A stretch of DNA of 64,000 nt from Candidatus Moraniibacteriota bacterium (GCA_030645735.1 JAUSNP010000005.1:8151-72150); one strand, 5' to 3'; positions 55,599-64,000 are shown, counted from the stretch's first letter. Notes: generated by a model from the letters alone, not told the origin. Numbers and translations are program-made.

Positions 55599-56996
55599 GT
55601 GAAATTGATGAATATATCTGAGTTGCAAGGTAAAAAAATAACAGTTATGGGTCTTGGCCTACATGGCGGTGGAGTTGGCACTGTGCGTTTTTTGCATGCC
55701 GCAGGCGCCATTTTGACCGTGACTGACATGAAATCAGAGGTCGAGTTGCAACCATCACTAGAAAAATTGAAAGAATTGGACGGAATCAAGTATGTCTTAG
55801 GCAGGCATGAGGTTGAAGATTTTTCTCAGGCAGATATGATTGTGAAAACTCCGCCAATTCCATGGACTAATGAGTTCATAAAGATAGCTCTAGAAAAAAA
55901 TATTCCAGTGGAAATTGACTCTAGCTTGTTTTTTAAATTGTGTCCAAATCTAATCATTGGCGTGACTGGCACACGTGGCAAGACCACAACTTCCAGTTTG
56001 ATTTATGGAATTTTGAAAATGGCTGGCAAAAATCCAGTGAAGGTTGGAATTGGCCAAGTTTCAGTTTTGGACAAGCTGAATGAATTGCAAGAAGATTCAA
56101 TTGTGGTTTTTGAACTTTCCAGTTGGCGCTTGAGTGCTTTGGGTCGTCACAAATTGAGTCCAAAAATTGCCGTGGTGACCAATATCTATCCAGATCATTT
56201 GAACTATTATGGTTCAATGGATGAATATGTAGCAGACAAGAAAAATATTTTCTTAGATCAAGCCGAGGATGGTATTTGTGTTTTGAATTGGGATAATGAA
56301 GTGGTGCGTGGATTTGAAAAAGAAATTAGAGCCAAGATAATAAAAATTTCTACCAAAGAAAAGCCAACTGGATTAGCAGTTTTTGTTCGAGAGGGTCAAA
56401 TTGTGATTGGGGATGAGACTGGCGAGAAAAATATTTTGACTGTGTCAGATATAAAAATGAAAGGCGAGCATAATTTAGCCAATATTCTAGAAGCCGTGGC
56501 GGTTGCGCATTGGATGAAGATTGATGATGAAAATATTGCTAAGGCTGTTGTAGACTTTTCTGGCTTACCACATCGCTTGGAATTTGTGAAAGAAATTGAC
56601 GGCGTGAAATATTACAACGATACAGCAGCTACTTCACCAGAAGGCGCGATTGCTGGTATCAATTCTTTTTCAGAAAAAATTGTTTTGATTGCAGGTGGGT
56701 CAGATAAAAATTTAGATATGACAGTATTGGCCAAGGAGATTTCGGAAAAAGTGAAAACGGTTATTTTTTTGAAAGGTGTGGCGACAGATAAGATAATTGC
56801 TGCTATGCAGGCACAGGGCAGTGAGCAAGATTTCATTGTTGTGAGCTCAATGCTGGATGCAGTGGAAGAAGCGCGCAAACAAGCTTCCTCTGGTGATGTG
56901 GTTTTGCTTTCACCTGGATCAGCTAGTTTTGGTTTATTTTTGAACGAATTTGATCGCGGAGACAAGTTTAAGGCGGTTGTTGATGGCCTAAAATAA
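55599..56996 (+). CDS. murD: UDP-N-acetylmuramoylalanine--D-glutamate ligase
   Basis: 465 aa; Mur ligase P-loop GVTGTRGKTTT, MurD-type N-terminal Rossmann. Confidence 0.8.
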   Translation: MKLMNISELQGKKITVMGLGLHGGGVGTVRFLHAAGAILTVTDMKSEVELQPSLEKLKELDGIKYVLGRHEVEDFSQADMIVKTPPIPWTNEFIKIALEKNIPVEIDSSLFFKLCPNLIIGVTGTRGKTTTSSLIYGILKMAGKNPVKVGIGQVSVLDKLNELQEDSIVVFELSSWRLSALGRHKLSPKIAVVTNIYPDHLNYYGSMDEYVADKKNIFLDQAEDGICVLNWDNEVVRGFEKEIRAKIIKISTKEKPTGLAVFVREGQIVIGDETGEKNILTVSDIKMKGEHNLANILEAVAVAHWMKIDDENIAKAVVDFSGLPHRLEFVKEIDGVKYYNDTAATSPEGAIAGINSFSEKIVLIAGGSDKNLDMTVLAKEISEKVKTVIFLKGVATDKIIAAMQAQGSEQDFIVVSSMLDAVEEARKQASSGDVVLLSPGSASFGLFLNEFDRGDKFKAVVDGLK

Positions 56997-57067
56997 GCTG
57001 AGGCTAGCGACTATGGACAAAGATTTTATATCTGTTATAATAAATTACAGTTTTTGAGTTTGAATAT

Positions 57068-57141
57068 GGGCCCTTAGCTCAGCTGGCTAGAGCGCCTCGT
57101 TTGCACCGAGGAGGTCAGGAGTTCGAATCCCCTAGGGTCCA
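57068..57141 (+). tRNA. tRNA-Ala(TGC)
   Basis: cloverleaf with G3:U70, anticodon loop tTTGCAc; CCA not encoded. Confidence 0.85.
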
Positions 57142-57173
57142 CCCATATTACAAATATAGAAAAGAAAAACAAT

Positions 57174-57223
57174 GGGCGTGTAGCTCAGTTGGTTAGAGCA
57201 AGCCCGCCACGGCGGGTAATGAC
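57174..57223 (+). pseudogene. tRNA-Ile 5' fragment with its anticodon arm replaced by a GC palindrome
   Basis: 26 nt identical to the tRNA-Ile 5' end, then aaGCCCGCCacGGCGGGTAATGAC; no T-arm. Confidence 0.6.
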
Positions 57224-57253
57224 AGTCGATTTGCAGAGTTTAAAATAAAGCAT

Positions 57254-57327
57254 GGGCGTGTAGCTCAGTTGGTTAGAGCGCGTCACTGATAATGACGAGG
57301 TCCCCAGTTCGAATCTAGGCACGCCCA
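57254..57327 (+). tRNA. tRNA-Ile(GAT)
   Basis: GGGCGTGtaGCTCagttggttaGAGCgCGTCActGATaaTGACGaggtc...TTCGAATC...CACGCCCa. Confidence 0.85.
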
Positions 57328-57328
57328 C

Positions 57329-57589
57329 ATGTTTACTACATACATCATCAAAAACTGTAGTGGGAAGAGTTATACAGGAAGTACTGAAAATGTGAAAGAA
57401 AGGATTTTGATGCACAACGATATTTCTGTAGAAAAAGCAAGATTTCATAGAACTACTTATAATAAGGGTCCATGGTCAATCTTTTTTAGTAAGGATTTTG
57501 AAACTAGAAAAGAATCTTTGGATTTTGAGAAATTTCTTAAAACAGGTGCGGGAAGAGAGTGGTTAGAGCGCGCCCGCCGCGGCGGGTAA
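57329..57589 (+). CDS. small GIY-YIG nuclease-family protein
   Basis: 86 aa; YIIKNCSGKSYTGSTENVKERILMHN; the last ~11 codons are read from tRNA-Ile-derived sequence. Confidence 0.65.
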   Translation: MFTTYIIKNCSGKSYTGSTENVKERILMHNDISVEKARFHRTTYNKGPWSIFFSKDFETRKESLDFEKFLKTGAGREWLERARRGG

Positions 57590-57624
57590 TGACGAGGTCC
57601 CCAGTTCGAATCTAGGCACGCCCA
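57558..57624 (+). pseudogene. tRNA-Ile 3' fragment (D-loop to 3' end) with the anticodon arm replaced by a GC palindrome
   Basis: GGTTAGAGCGcgCCCGCCgcGGCGGGTAATGACGAGGTCCCCAGTTCGAATCTAGGCACGCCCA; the last 40 nt are identical to the intact tRNA-Ile. Confidence 0.6.
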
Positions 57625-57635
57625 CATAGTTGAAA

Positions 57636-57662
57636 AATTGATCCGCAGGGATCTTTTTTTGT
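57636..57662 (+). terminator. rho-independent terminator
   Basis: GATCCgcagGGATC plus T7. Confidence 0.7.
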
Positions 57663-57667
57663 TGGTA

Positions 57668-57695
57668 TTGACAGTTGGGGTCTAATAATATAAAC
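57668..57695 (+). promoter_or_regulatory. promoter of the secE-nusG-rplKA operon
   Basis: TTGACAgttggggtctaataaTATAAA. Confidence 0.5.
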
Positions 57696-57798
57696 TTATC
57701 TATAGAAAAGCCTCAGGGGCTTTTTAAAAAAGCTTTAAAAGACAAAATAGTGAATTTTGGCTTAAATAAGGCAAATTTATCCATAAAAATAGAAAAAT

Positions 57799-57987
57799 AT
57801 GGCAAATCAAATCGTGACTTTTTTGCAAGAAGCCAAGACGGAATTAACTAAGGTCAATTGGCCAAGTAAGAAGCAGGCTACTAACTATACAATTCTAGTC
57901 ATTGGAATTAGCATCGCCGGTGCGATTTTTTTGGGAAGTTTAGATTATTTTTTTGGTTATTTATTAAAAACATTTATTATAAAATAA
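57799..57987 (+). CDS. secE: preprotein translocase SecE
   Basis: 62 aa, single C-terminal TM helix. Confidence 0.8.
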   Translation: MANQIVTFLQEAKTELTKVNWPSKKQATNYTILVIGISIAGAIFLGSLDYFFGYLLKTFIIK

Positions 57988-57988
57988 T

Positions 57989-58534
57989 ATGGCAAAACAA
58001 ACCCAACATCACGGGCGCGCCTGGTATGTAATCCACACTTATAGTGGATATGAAGACAATGTGGCTCGTAACTTGAAACAAAGAATCGAATCAATGGATA
58101 TGCAGGATTTGATTTTCGATGTCATGGTGCCGATTGAACGAAAAATCAAGATCAAGGCTGGCAAAAGAACAGTTGTCGAAGAAAAGATCTATCCGGGATA
58201 TGTATTGGTGGAAATGATGGTGACGGATGCTTCATGGTATGTAGTGCGAAACACTCCAAACGTGACTGGATTCATCGGGCTTGGTACAACTCCAACTCCA
58301 GTTGATCCAGCTGAAATTGAAATGTTGAAGAAAAGAATGGGTGTGTCTGAACCAAAATACAAGATTGATGTCCAAGTTGGTGATTCCATCAAAGTTGTGG
58401 ACGGACCATTCAAGGATTTTGATGCGAAAGTTGATGAAGTCGATGAAGCCAAAGGAAGAGTCAAAGTTTTGGTTTCAATCTTCGGACGAGAAACGCCAGT
58501 TGAATTGGATTTTCTACAAATTCATAAATTATAA
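57989..58534 (+). CDS. nusG: transcription antiterminator NusG
   Basis: 181 aa; NGN domain WYVIHTYSGYE, KOW. Confidence 0.9.
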   Translation: MAKQTQHHGRAWYVIHTYSGYEDNVARNLKQRIESMDMQDLIFDVMVPIERKIKIKAGKRTVVEEKIYPGYVLVEMMVTDASWYVVRNTPNVTGFIGLGTTPTPVDPAEIEMLKKRMGVSEPKYKIDVQVGDSIKVVDGPFKDFDAKVDEVDEAKGRVKVLVSIFGRETPVELDFLQIHKL

Positions 58535-58617
58535 ATCATATAACGCAAAACGCATAACGTGAAACGCATAACTCTTTAATGATTTACGTTCCACGTTCCA
58601 CGTTCCACGAAAATATT
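58535..58617 (+). repeat. intergenic heptamer tandem-repeat array (family member D)
   Basis: tcatATAACGCAAAACGCATAACGtGAAACGCATAACtctttaatgatttacgTTCCACGTTCCACGTTCCACGaaaatatt, then the ATG. Confidence 0.7.
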
Positions 58618-59043
58618 ATGGCTAAGAAAATTAAAACCGTTATCAAGTTACAAATCGGAGCTGGCAAAGCTAATCCAGCGCCTCCAGTTGGTCCAGCTTT
58701 GGGTCAACATGGTTTGAACATTCAAGAATTTTGTACAAAATTCAATGAAGCAACCAAGGGACAAATGGGAGACATTATCCCAGCTGAAATCACCGTGTAT
58801 GAAGATCGAACTTTTTCATTTGTTTTGAAAACTTCTCCAGCCTCTGACCTTTTGCGCAAGGCAGCTGGTGTAGAAAAAGGAGCTGGCAATCCATTGAAGG
58901 ACAAGGTTGGAAAAATTACTGAAGCTCAATTGCGAGAAATCGCTGAAAAGAAATTGGTTGATTTGAATGCAAATGACGTTGAAGCTGGCATGAAGATCAT
59001 TGCTGGAACAGCGAGATCAATGGGGATAAAGATTGAAGGATAA
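58618..59043 (+). CDS. rplK: 50S ribosomal protein L11
   Basis: [32 protein letters not shown]; start moved from the ORF-track 58579. Confidence 0.9.
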   Translation: MAKKIKTVIKLQIGAGKANPAPPVGPALGQHGLNIQEFCTKFNEATKGQMGDIIPAEITVYEDRTFSFVLKTSPASDLLRKAAGVEKGAGNPLKDKVGKITEAQLREIAEKKLVDLNANDVEAGMKIIAGTARSMGIKIEG

Positions 59044-59133
59044 TCCTGAAGTCAAAAGTTCATAAAGTTTTTAAAGTTTAATTTTTAAATTGTGGGAGTT
59101 CATAATATCGAACGTTTGGACCACGACAAAAAT

Positions 59134-59805
59134 ATGTTTAGAGGAAAAAAGTACAAGGCAGTTGCAGAAAAAATCGATAAGAACAAAGTGTATTCTATCG
59201 AAGAGGCTGTGAAAATGATGAAGGAAAATAAGATTGCCAAATTTGACGAATCAGTGGAGGTTCACATCAAAACCAATGTTGATCCAAAGAAAGGTGACCA
59301 ACAAATTCGTGGAACAGTGTCTCTTCCGCACGGAACTGGCAAAACTAAACGAGTGGCAGTTATCACTTCAACTAGCGCTGAAGAGGCCAAAGCAGCTGGA
59401 GCTGACATTGTCGGTGGCGAAGAAATGATTGAAAAATTTGCTAAAAAAATTGACTTCGATATTTTGGTAGCTACTCCAGAAATGATGCCAAAATTGGCCA
59501 AGGCGGCTCGAGTTTTGGGGCCAAAGGGCTTGATGCCAAACCCAAAGACTGAGACCGTTACAACGAAAATTAAAGAGGCTGTAGAAGCTTTGAAGAAAGG
59601 CCGTTCAGCTTTCAAGAATGATGATTCAGCCAATGTTCATCAAGCAGTGGGAAAGCTTTCTTTTGAAGATGCGAAGCTTGTAGAAAACATCAAATTCTTT
59701 GTAGATGCTATCAGCAAAGCTAAGCCAGCTGCTTTCAAGGGCAAACTCATCACCAACATCACCGTTTGCTCGACTATGGGCAATGGAATTAAAATTAGTC
59801 TATAG
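59134..59805 (+). CDS. rplA: 50S ribosomal protein L1
   Basis: MFRGKKYKAV...; the ORF track begins at GTG 59092, the ATG at 59134 fits the L1 N-terminus. Confidence 0.85.
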   Translation: MFRGKKYKAVAEKIDKNKVYSIEEAVKMMKENKIAKFDESVEVHIKTNVDPKKGDQQIRGTVSLPHGTGKTKRVAVITSTSAEEAKAAGADIVGGEEMIEKFAKKIDFDILVATPEMMPKLAKAARVLGPKGLMPNPKTETVTTKIKEAVEALKKGRSAFKNDDSANVHQAVGKLSFEDAKLVENIKFFVDAISKAKPAAFKGKLITNITVCSTMGNGIKISL

Positions 59806-59983
59806 ATTCACGTTAACATTTGAACATGTTAGCATATTAACAAAAAACACTGGCTTTGGTCAGTGTTTTTTTGTGTTTTGTTAAAATGTTAATATGTTAA
59901 AGTGCTAAATTGTTTATAATGTTGACTGTGTGGTATTTTTCTGCTAGAATTATTTGGTGGTTAATAAAGTAAAATTTCTGAAG

Positions 59984-60556
59984 ATGGGACAAAAAAGAAA
60001 GATTATTATTGGCTTGATAGGTGAGAGTGGCTCAGGCAAGGATACGGTCGCTAACTATTTGAAAGACAAATATGGGGTCAAATTGATGCGTTTTGCGGAT
60101 CCGATTAAAGAGGTCTTGCATATTTTTTTCGATCAAATTTCAAGAGAAGATCAGCAATGGTTAGCGCTTGAAATGAGAAAAAGATTTGGGGCTGATATTT
60201 TCCCAAGAGCCATAAAAAGAAGAATCGAAAATGAAGAAGGCGTTGTTGTAATCAACGGCCTGCGATTTTGGGAGGATTATGATTTTATTAAGAATGTAGA
60301 ACACGGATTCACTATATATATAACAGCAGATCAAAAATTGCGCTGGGAGAGGTCAGCCAAGAGAGGTGAAAAATCTGATGACGATGTTTCTTTTGAAGAA
60401 TTTAAAGAAACAGAAGAAAGATATGAAACCGAAAAGCATATCCCAGAAATTGGAGCCAAAGCAGATTTCACAATTCGCAATGAAAAGGACTTGGATTATC
60501 TGTTGTCCGAAACAGATCGGATAATGGGTGAGATAACACAAAAATCGATGCAATAA
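59984..60556 (+). CDS. deoxynucleoside monophosphate kinase, phage T4 gp1-like
   Basis: GLIGESGSGKDTVANYL...RFADPIKEVL parallels T4 gp1 (SGVKRSGKDTTADFI...LAGPIKDAL). Confidence 0.55.
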   Translation: MGQKRKIIIGLIGESGSGKDTVANYLKDKYGVKLMRFADPIKEVLHIFFDQISREDQQWLALEMRKRFGADIFPRAIKRRIENEEGVVVINGLRFWEDYDFIKNVEHGFTIYITADQKLRWERSAKRGEKSDDDVSFEEFKETEERYETEKHIPEIGAKADFTIRNEKDLDYLLSETDRIMGEITQKSMQ

Positions 60557-60644
60557 ATTAAGAGTCCCGTCAAAGCGGGACTTTTTTTGACCAAAAAGGT
60601 GAAAAAGAGTAAAATTAAGAAACTCAGAACCTAAAGTAACTAGC

Positions 60645-61193
60645 ATGAAAAAACAGAAAATCATCGCAGTTTTGGGGCTTCCGGGGTCAGGCAAATCGGT
60701 TGTGATTAACTATCTGATCAAGAAATATAATTGGCCAAAGATTTATTTCGGTGAGGTGACCTTCGATGAAATGCGCCGATTGAATTTGGAAATCAATGAG
60801 AAAAATGAAAGGCGAGTGCGGGAAAGTTTGCGCAAAGAATTTGGTGAATTGGTCTATGCCAAAAGAGTGGCTGAAAAAATTGCAAAATTAAATCATGAAG
60901 AGGTGATTTTGTTGGAAAGCCTATATTCTTGGCATGAATATCTATTTTTGAAAAAGAAATTTGGCGAAAAATTCAAAACCATCGCTGTCTATGCGTCACC
61001 GGAAAAAAGATATAGCCGACTCGAAAATAGAAAGACCCGCCCATTGAATTTGAAGGAGGCACAAAGTCGCGACTATTCGCAAATTGAGAATCTACAACAA
61101 GCCGGACCGATTGCAATGGCGGATTATTTGCTGGTAAATGAATCAACTAAAAAGGAACTATATCTTAAAATAAACAAAATTAATTTACAATAA
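60645..61193 (+). CDS. P-loop nucleoside/nucleotide kinase (CoaE/dNMP-kinase-like)
   Basis: 182 aa; Walker A VLGLPGSGKS; small kinase fold. Confidence 0.5.
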   Translation: MKKQKIIAVLGLPGSGKSVVINYLIKKYNWPKIYFGEVTFDEMRRLNLEINEKNERRVRESLRKEFGELVYAKRVAEKIAKLNHEEVILLESLYSWHEYLFLKKKFGEKFKTIAVYASPEKRYSRLENRKTRPLNLKEAQSRDYSQIENLQQAGPIAMADYLLVNESTKKELYLKINKINLQ

Positions 61194-61197
61194 AAAT

Positions 61198-62175
61198 ATG
61201 ACAAGTACGGAAGTTAAAAATAAAGTAGTGGGAGGCATTGATTATCTTCCATTTAGCGAGAGAGTTCCTGATTTGCAATATCAAGAATTACTTAAAAAAA
61301 TTAAAAAAATAGGAAAAGATAAAGTGCCTATTCATGCTAGGCTCAATGAGAATGCTAATTCAGGGCATCAAAACTCAAAAGAAATAACAGGTGCTATGTT
61401 GCAATTTGATATGAATAACGGTTTCCCTGTTTTGACTGAACGTGATTTGAGCAAATCATTTTATGGAGCGATAGGTGAGCTTGTTGCATTTTTGAATGGA
61501 CAAAGCACATTAAGTGGCCTGAAAGAGTATGGCTGCCCAGAAGTTTTTTGGAGAGATTGGGTTACAAAGGAAAAATGTGCCATATTTGGTTTACCTGAGG
61601 GTGATTTGGGTGATGGATCTTATGGGGCTTCTCTAGGGCATTTTCAATCCGCAAAGGGGGAATTTGATCAAGTCAGTGCTGTTCAAAGGCAAATGGAAAA
61701 AGCGCCATTCCTGAGAACCCATGTTCTAACTACGTGGAATCCGCCCCTATCAATGGGAGATGAAGAACAGGGATTTAAGCGTAAAGTTGTTGTTGCTCCT
61801 TGTCATGGCAATTTCATTCATTTTGTAATTTTTGATGAACAAAAAGAACTGGAAATGACACACACACAACGATCAGCTGATGTCCCAGTCGGTCTGCAGT
61901 TTAACTTGATTGAATGGTCCGCTCTTGGTTTGATGGTAGCACACTTATTGGGTTATAAATTTACTAAATATACTCACTTCTTATCTAATCCGCATTATTA
62001 TGATGTTCAAGCTGAATCTGTGGATAAAATTTTGGCTATTGAGCCCAAGCCTTTTCCAACTGTAACATTGAAACTGAATAGGGAAGTGACAAGACTTCAA
62101 GACTTCCGCAAAGAGGATTTTGTGCTTGAAGATTATGACCCAAGTCCTTGGTTCAAAATTCCAACACCGGTATAG
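61198..62175 (+). CDS. thyA: thymidylate synthase-family protein (ThyA or pyrimidine hydroxymethylase homolog)
   Basis: 325 aa; VAPCHGNFIHFV (catalytic Cys), TQRSADVPVGLQFN, WNPP; diverged from canonical ThyA with a longer N-terminus. Confidence 0.65.
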   Translation: MTSTEVKNKVVGGIDYLPFSERVPDLQYQELLKKIKKIGKDKVPIHARLNENANSGHQNSKEITGAMLQFDMNNGFPVLTERDLSKSFYGAIGELVAFLNGQSTLSGLKEYGCPEVFWRDWVTKEKCAIFGLPEGDLGDGSYGASLGHFQSAKGEFDQVSAVQRQMEKAPFLRTHVLTTWNPPLSMGDEEQGFKRKVVVAPCHGNFIHFVIFDEQKELEMTHTQRSADVPVGLQFNLIEWSALGLMVAHLLGYKFTKYTHFLSNPHYYDVQAESVDKILAIEPKPFPTVTLKLNREVTRLQDFRKEDFVLEDYDPSPWFKIPTPV

Positions 62176-62201
62176 ATCAAATAATTTACAATATTAGTGA
62201 T

Positions 62202-62642
62202 ATGAATAAAAGCGGATTAGATTTAAAAAATGCTCGTAAAGAGGAACAAATTGCAGTTATGAAAAAAATTATTTCTGATGGGGTGTGTCCTTTTTGTCAT
62301 GATTTTGTTGATAAGGAAAAACCAGCATATCATTCAAATCCTGTTTTGATAGAAACTGATTTTTGGATAGTGACGAGAAACGCTTGGCCGTATGAACACA
62401 CCAGAGAACATTTGGTTATTGTGATTAAGCGCCATATCTTGACGCCTGAAGAAATGAGAGATGAGGAGATTTTGGATTTGTGGAATATTATTAAAAAAGT
62501 TAAGCAAGAACTTGAAATAACGCACAGTACTTTTTTGATGCGTTCGGACAGTACTGGTAAAACAGGTGCAACCGTGCAACATTTGCACGCTCAGCTGGTT
62601 GTTGCTAGTGGCGATGAGCCAGTTATCACAAGGATTGGCTAA
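62202..62642 (+). CDS. HIT-family hydrolase
   Basis: histidine triad VQHLHAQLV; CPFC zinc-like motif; start moved to MNKSGLD. Confidence 0.6.
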   Translation: MNKSGLDLKNARKEEQIAVMKKIISDGVCPFCHDFVDKEKPAYHSNPVLIETDFWIVTRNAWPYEHTREHLVIVIKRHILTPEEMRDEEILDLWNIIKKVKQELEITHSTFLMRSDSTGKTGATVQHLHAQLVVASGDEPVITRIG

Positions 62643-62690
62643 GAGTGCAATAAAAAAGACCATTGAATAAATCGATGGTCTTTTTTTGTA
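62640..62690. terminator. bidirectional terminator between convergent genes
   Basis: AAAAAGACCATtgaataaatcgATGGTCTTTTTTT. Confidence 0.6.
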
Positions 62691-62696
62691 GAATTG

Positions 62697-63542
62697 CTAT
62701 TGCACTAAAATAATTTCAATTCCAGCATTCTTGAGGATATTTTCAGCATCAGAAAGTGAATAACCATTTTCATAGTAAACCTTTTTAATACCTGCTTCTG
62801 CCACTAGCTTGGCGCAAGTTGGACAGGGGAAGGTTGTGACGTATAAATTGGTATCGTTCAAACTAATTCCGTTCTTGGCAGCTTTTCCAATCAAAGACGC
62901 TTCTGCATGAATAGAGTTTGAAAGATGATGATGTTCGCCAGCATCAAAACACATTCGCAAGTCACCATAAACAGCCATATTTTCTTGAGTGGGAACATGG
63001 CGATTGAATGCTGAAAGTATTATCGAACCATTTGTGTCTGTGACTAGGGCCCCAATTTGTCTCCACCAATTGGCGCTTTTTTCTTTCAATTCGTTGGCTT
63101 TTTTCATAAGTTCCTCATGCGCTTTTTCATACGTAATTATTCTATCACTAGGAACTTCCAGCTCTTGAGTTGACACAGGCTTATTCCATCTCAAAAAGAC
63201 ATTTTCAAATTCAACTTTTGTATTGGGCAGGAATTCTTCTGCGAACCAGCGAGATACGTCTTCATCAGGCATAACAATGGAAAGATGTTCCTCTTCCAAG
63301 TTTTTCAAATTTGCCAACGTTAACAAATCAACATTTTTTACAATGCCTGATTTTTTGATAAAATCATAAACAGTTTTTTGATCAATTGATCGCAGGTCTC
63401 TCCTTAAATTTTCAAATCTATCCCATTTTTCCAGGATTGTATTGTCTAGAATATAAAGATGATCCGGATATTTTTTGAATAATTCTAAGTATTTGATATG
63501 GATGACTGGGACTAGGGCAATCAGAGTTTTTCTCTCAGACAT
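62697..63542 (-). CDS. dCMP/cytidine deaminase-family protein with ~150-aa N-terminal extension
   Basis: 281 aa; C-terminal HAEASLI...PCPTCAKLV zinc motif; N-terminal half without recognised family. Confidence 0.7.
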   Translation of the reverse strand: MSERKTLIALVPVIHIKYLELFKKYPDHLYILDNTILEKWDRFENLRRDLRSIDQKTVYDFIKKSGIVKNVDLLTLANLKNLEEEHLSIVMPDEDVSRWFAEEFLPNTKVEFENVFLRWNKPVSTQELEVPSDRIITYEKAHEELMKKANELKEKSANWWRQIGALVTDTNGSIILSAFNRHVPTQENMAVYGDLRMCFDAGEHHHLSNSIHAEASLIGKAAKNGISLNDTNLYVTTFPCPTCAKLVAEAGIKKVYYENGYSLSDAENILKNAGIEIILVQ

Positions 63543-63543
63543 A

Positions 63544-64000
63544 TTATTTTTTAGTATATAAAAATTTTTCTATGACTTTTTGCAATTCTTGTGCAAGATC
63601 CTCAGCCCCCTTGATAGTTAGGAGTCTTATGCGCGCAGAAGTTGAAGTTGTTGATTGTGGTTCTAGGTTGATGATTTCTTTGCAGAACTCATTATGTTCT
63701 TCTCGTATCATATCAATAAACTTTTTCCCCTGAGCATTTGATTCGGTGGTTTCTGACACAACTAGAACGTCTGGTCGAATATCCCTAATCAGTTTTCCAT
63801 GATCTGTTTTTGATTCTTTCATAACAATCAGATCAACATGTCGCAGATGAGAAATCATCTTCACTCTTTCATCTTCTGGAACAATCGGGCGGGTCGGGCC
63901 TTTGCGATGCTTCACTACTTCATCAGTATCGACAGCTACAATCAAAACATCGCCAAGTTCTTTGGCTTTCTGAAGGTATTTAGCGTGTCCCTCATGAATC
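63544..64000 (-). CDS. cytidylyltransferase-like (HxGH) nucleotidyltransferase, 5' end beyond the window edge
   Basis: reading frame continues upstream of the track's TTG start: IHEGHAKYLQKAKELGDVLIVAVDTDEVV...RPIVPEDER (HxGH nucleotidyltransferase fold). Confidence 0.55.
   Translation of the reverse strand, partial: IHEGHAKYLQKAKELGDVLIVAVDTDEVVKHRKGPTRPIVPEDERVKMISHLRHVDLIVMKESKTDHGKLIRDIRPDVLVVSETTESNAQGKKFIDMIREEHNEFCKEIINLEPQSTTSTSARIRLLTIKGAEDLAQELQKVIEKFLYTKK

Overview
Low-GC, gene-dense bacterial window with a minimal-metabolism flavour (possibly CPR/Patescibacteria-like; this is inference only). Supporting signs: a compact S10-spc ribosomal operon with no L30, a zinc-type S14 and C-terminally extended S19/L22. 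The backbone is fusA, then tuf-rpsJ and the spc ribosomal genes through secY-adk-map, then ruvX, a GT2 glycosyltransferase, galT, dedA, tpiA, fba, a hydrogenase locus, dfx, gap, a D-aminoacylase-like gene, murD, tRNA-Ala/tRNA-Ile, secE-nusG-rplK-rplA, and a deoxypyrimidine nucleotide module. The usual fusA-tuf junction is interrupted by a ~21-kb accessory region (about 2.2-23.0 kb). It carries a LemA/TPM cassette bounded by a duplicated fusA 3' end, Pur-alpha-like, Bro-N, DinD and RhuM-Doc genes, recQ, rubrerythrin, NUDIX, a GC-rich PurC-PurE fusion, an AT-rich Type III R-M island, an ArsR regulator with palindromic operators, and duplicated tspO genes. The most unusual locus is a mosaic hydrogenase cluster at 41.6-52.8 kb. 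It has NuoE/NuoF-like diaphorase subunits, an [FeFe]-hydrogenase HydA homolog with an altered L1 motif, and a hypC-hypD-vanZ-hypE-hypF' cassette flanked by compound palindromic repeats, where hypF is truncated to its C-terminal domain. It also has group-3 [NiFe] small and large subunits, the large one lacking a C-terminal extension, and a zinc-finger-less HypA-like protein. Further noteworthy: intergenic tandem heptamer arrays (ATAACGC / TTCCACG) directly upstream of four start codons; perfect DnaA-box 9-mers attached to a repeated promoter element; a rearranged tRNA-Ile locus with a small GIY-YIG gene; and a phage-like dNMP-kinase/ThyA/dCMP-deaminase cluster at the 3' end.
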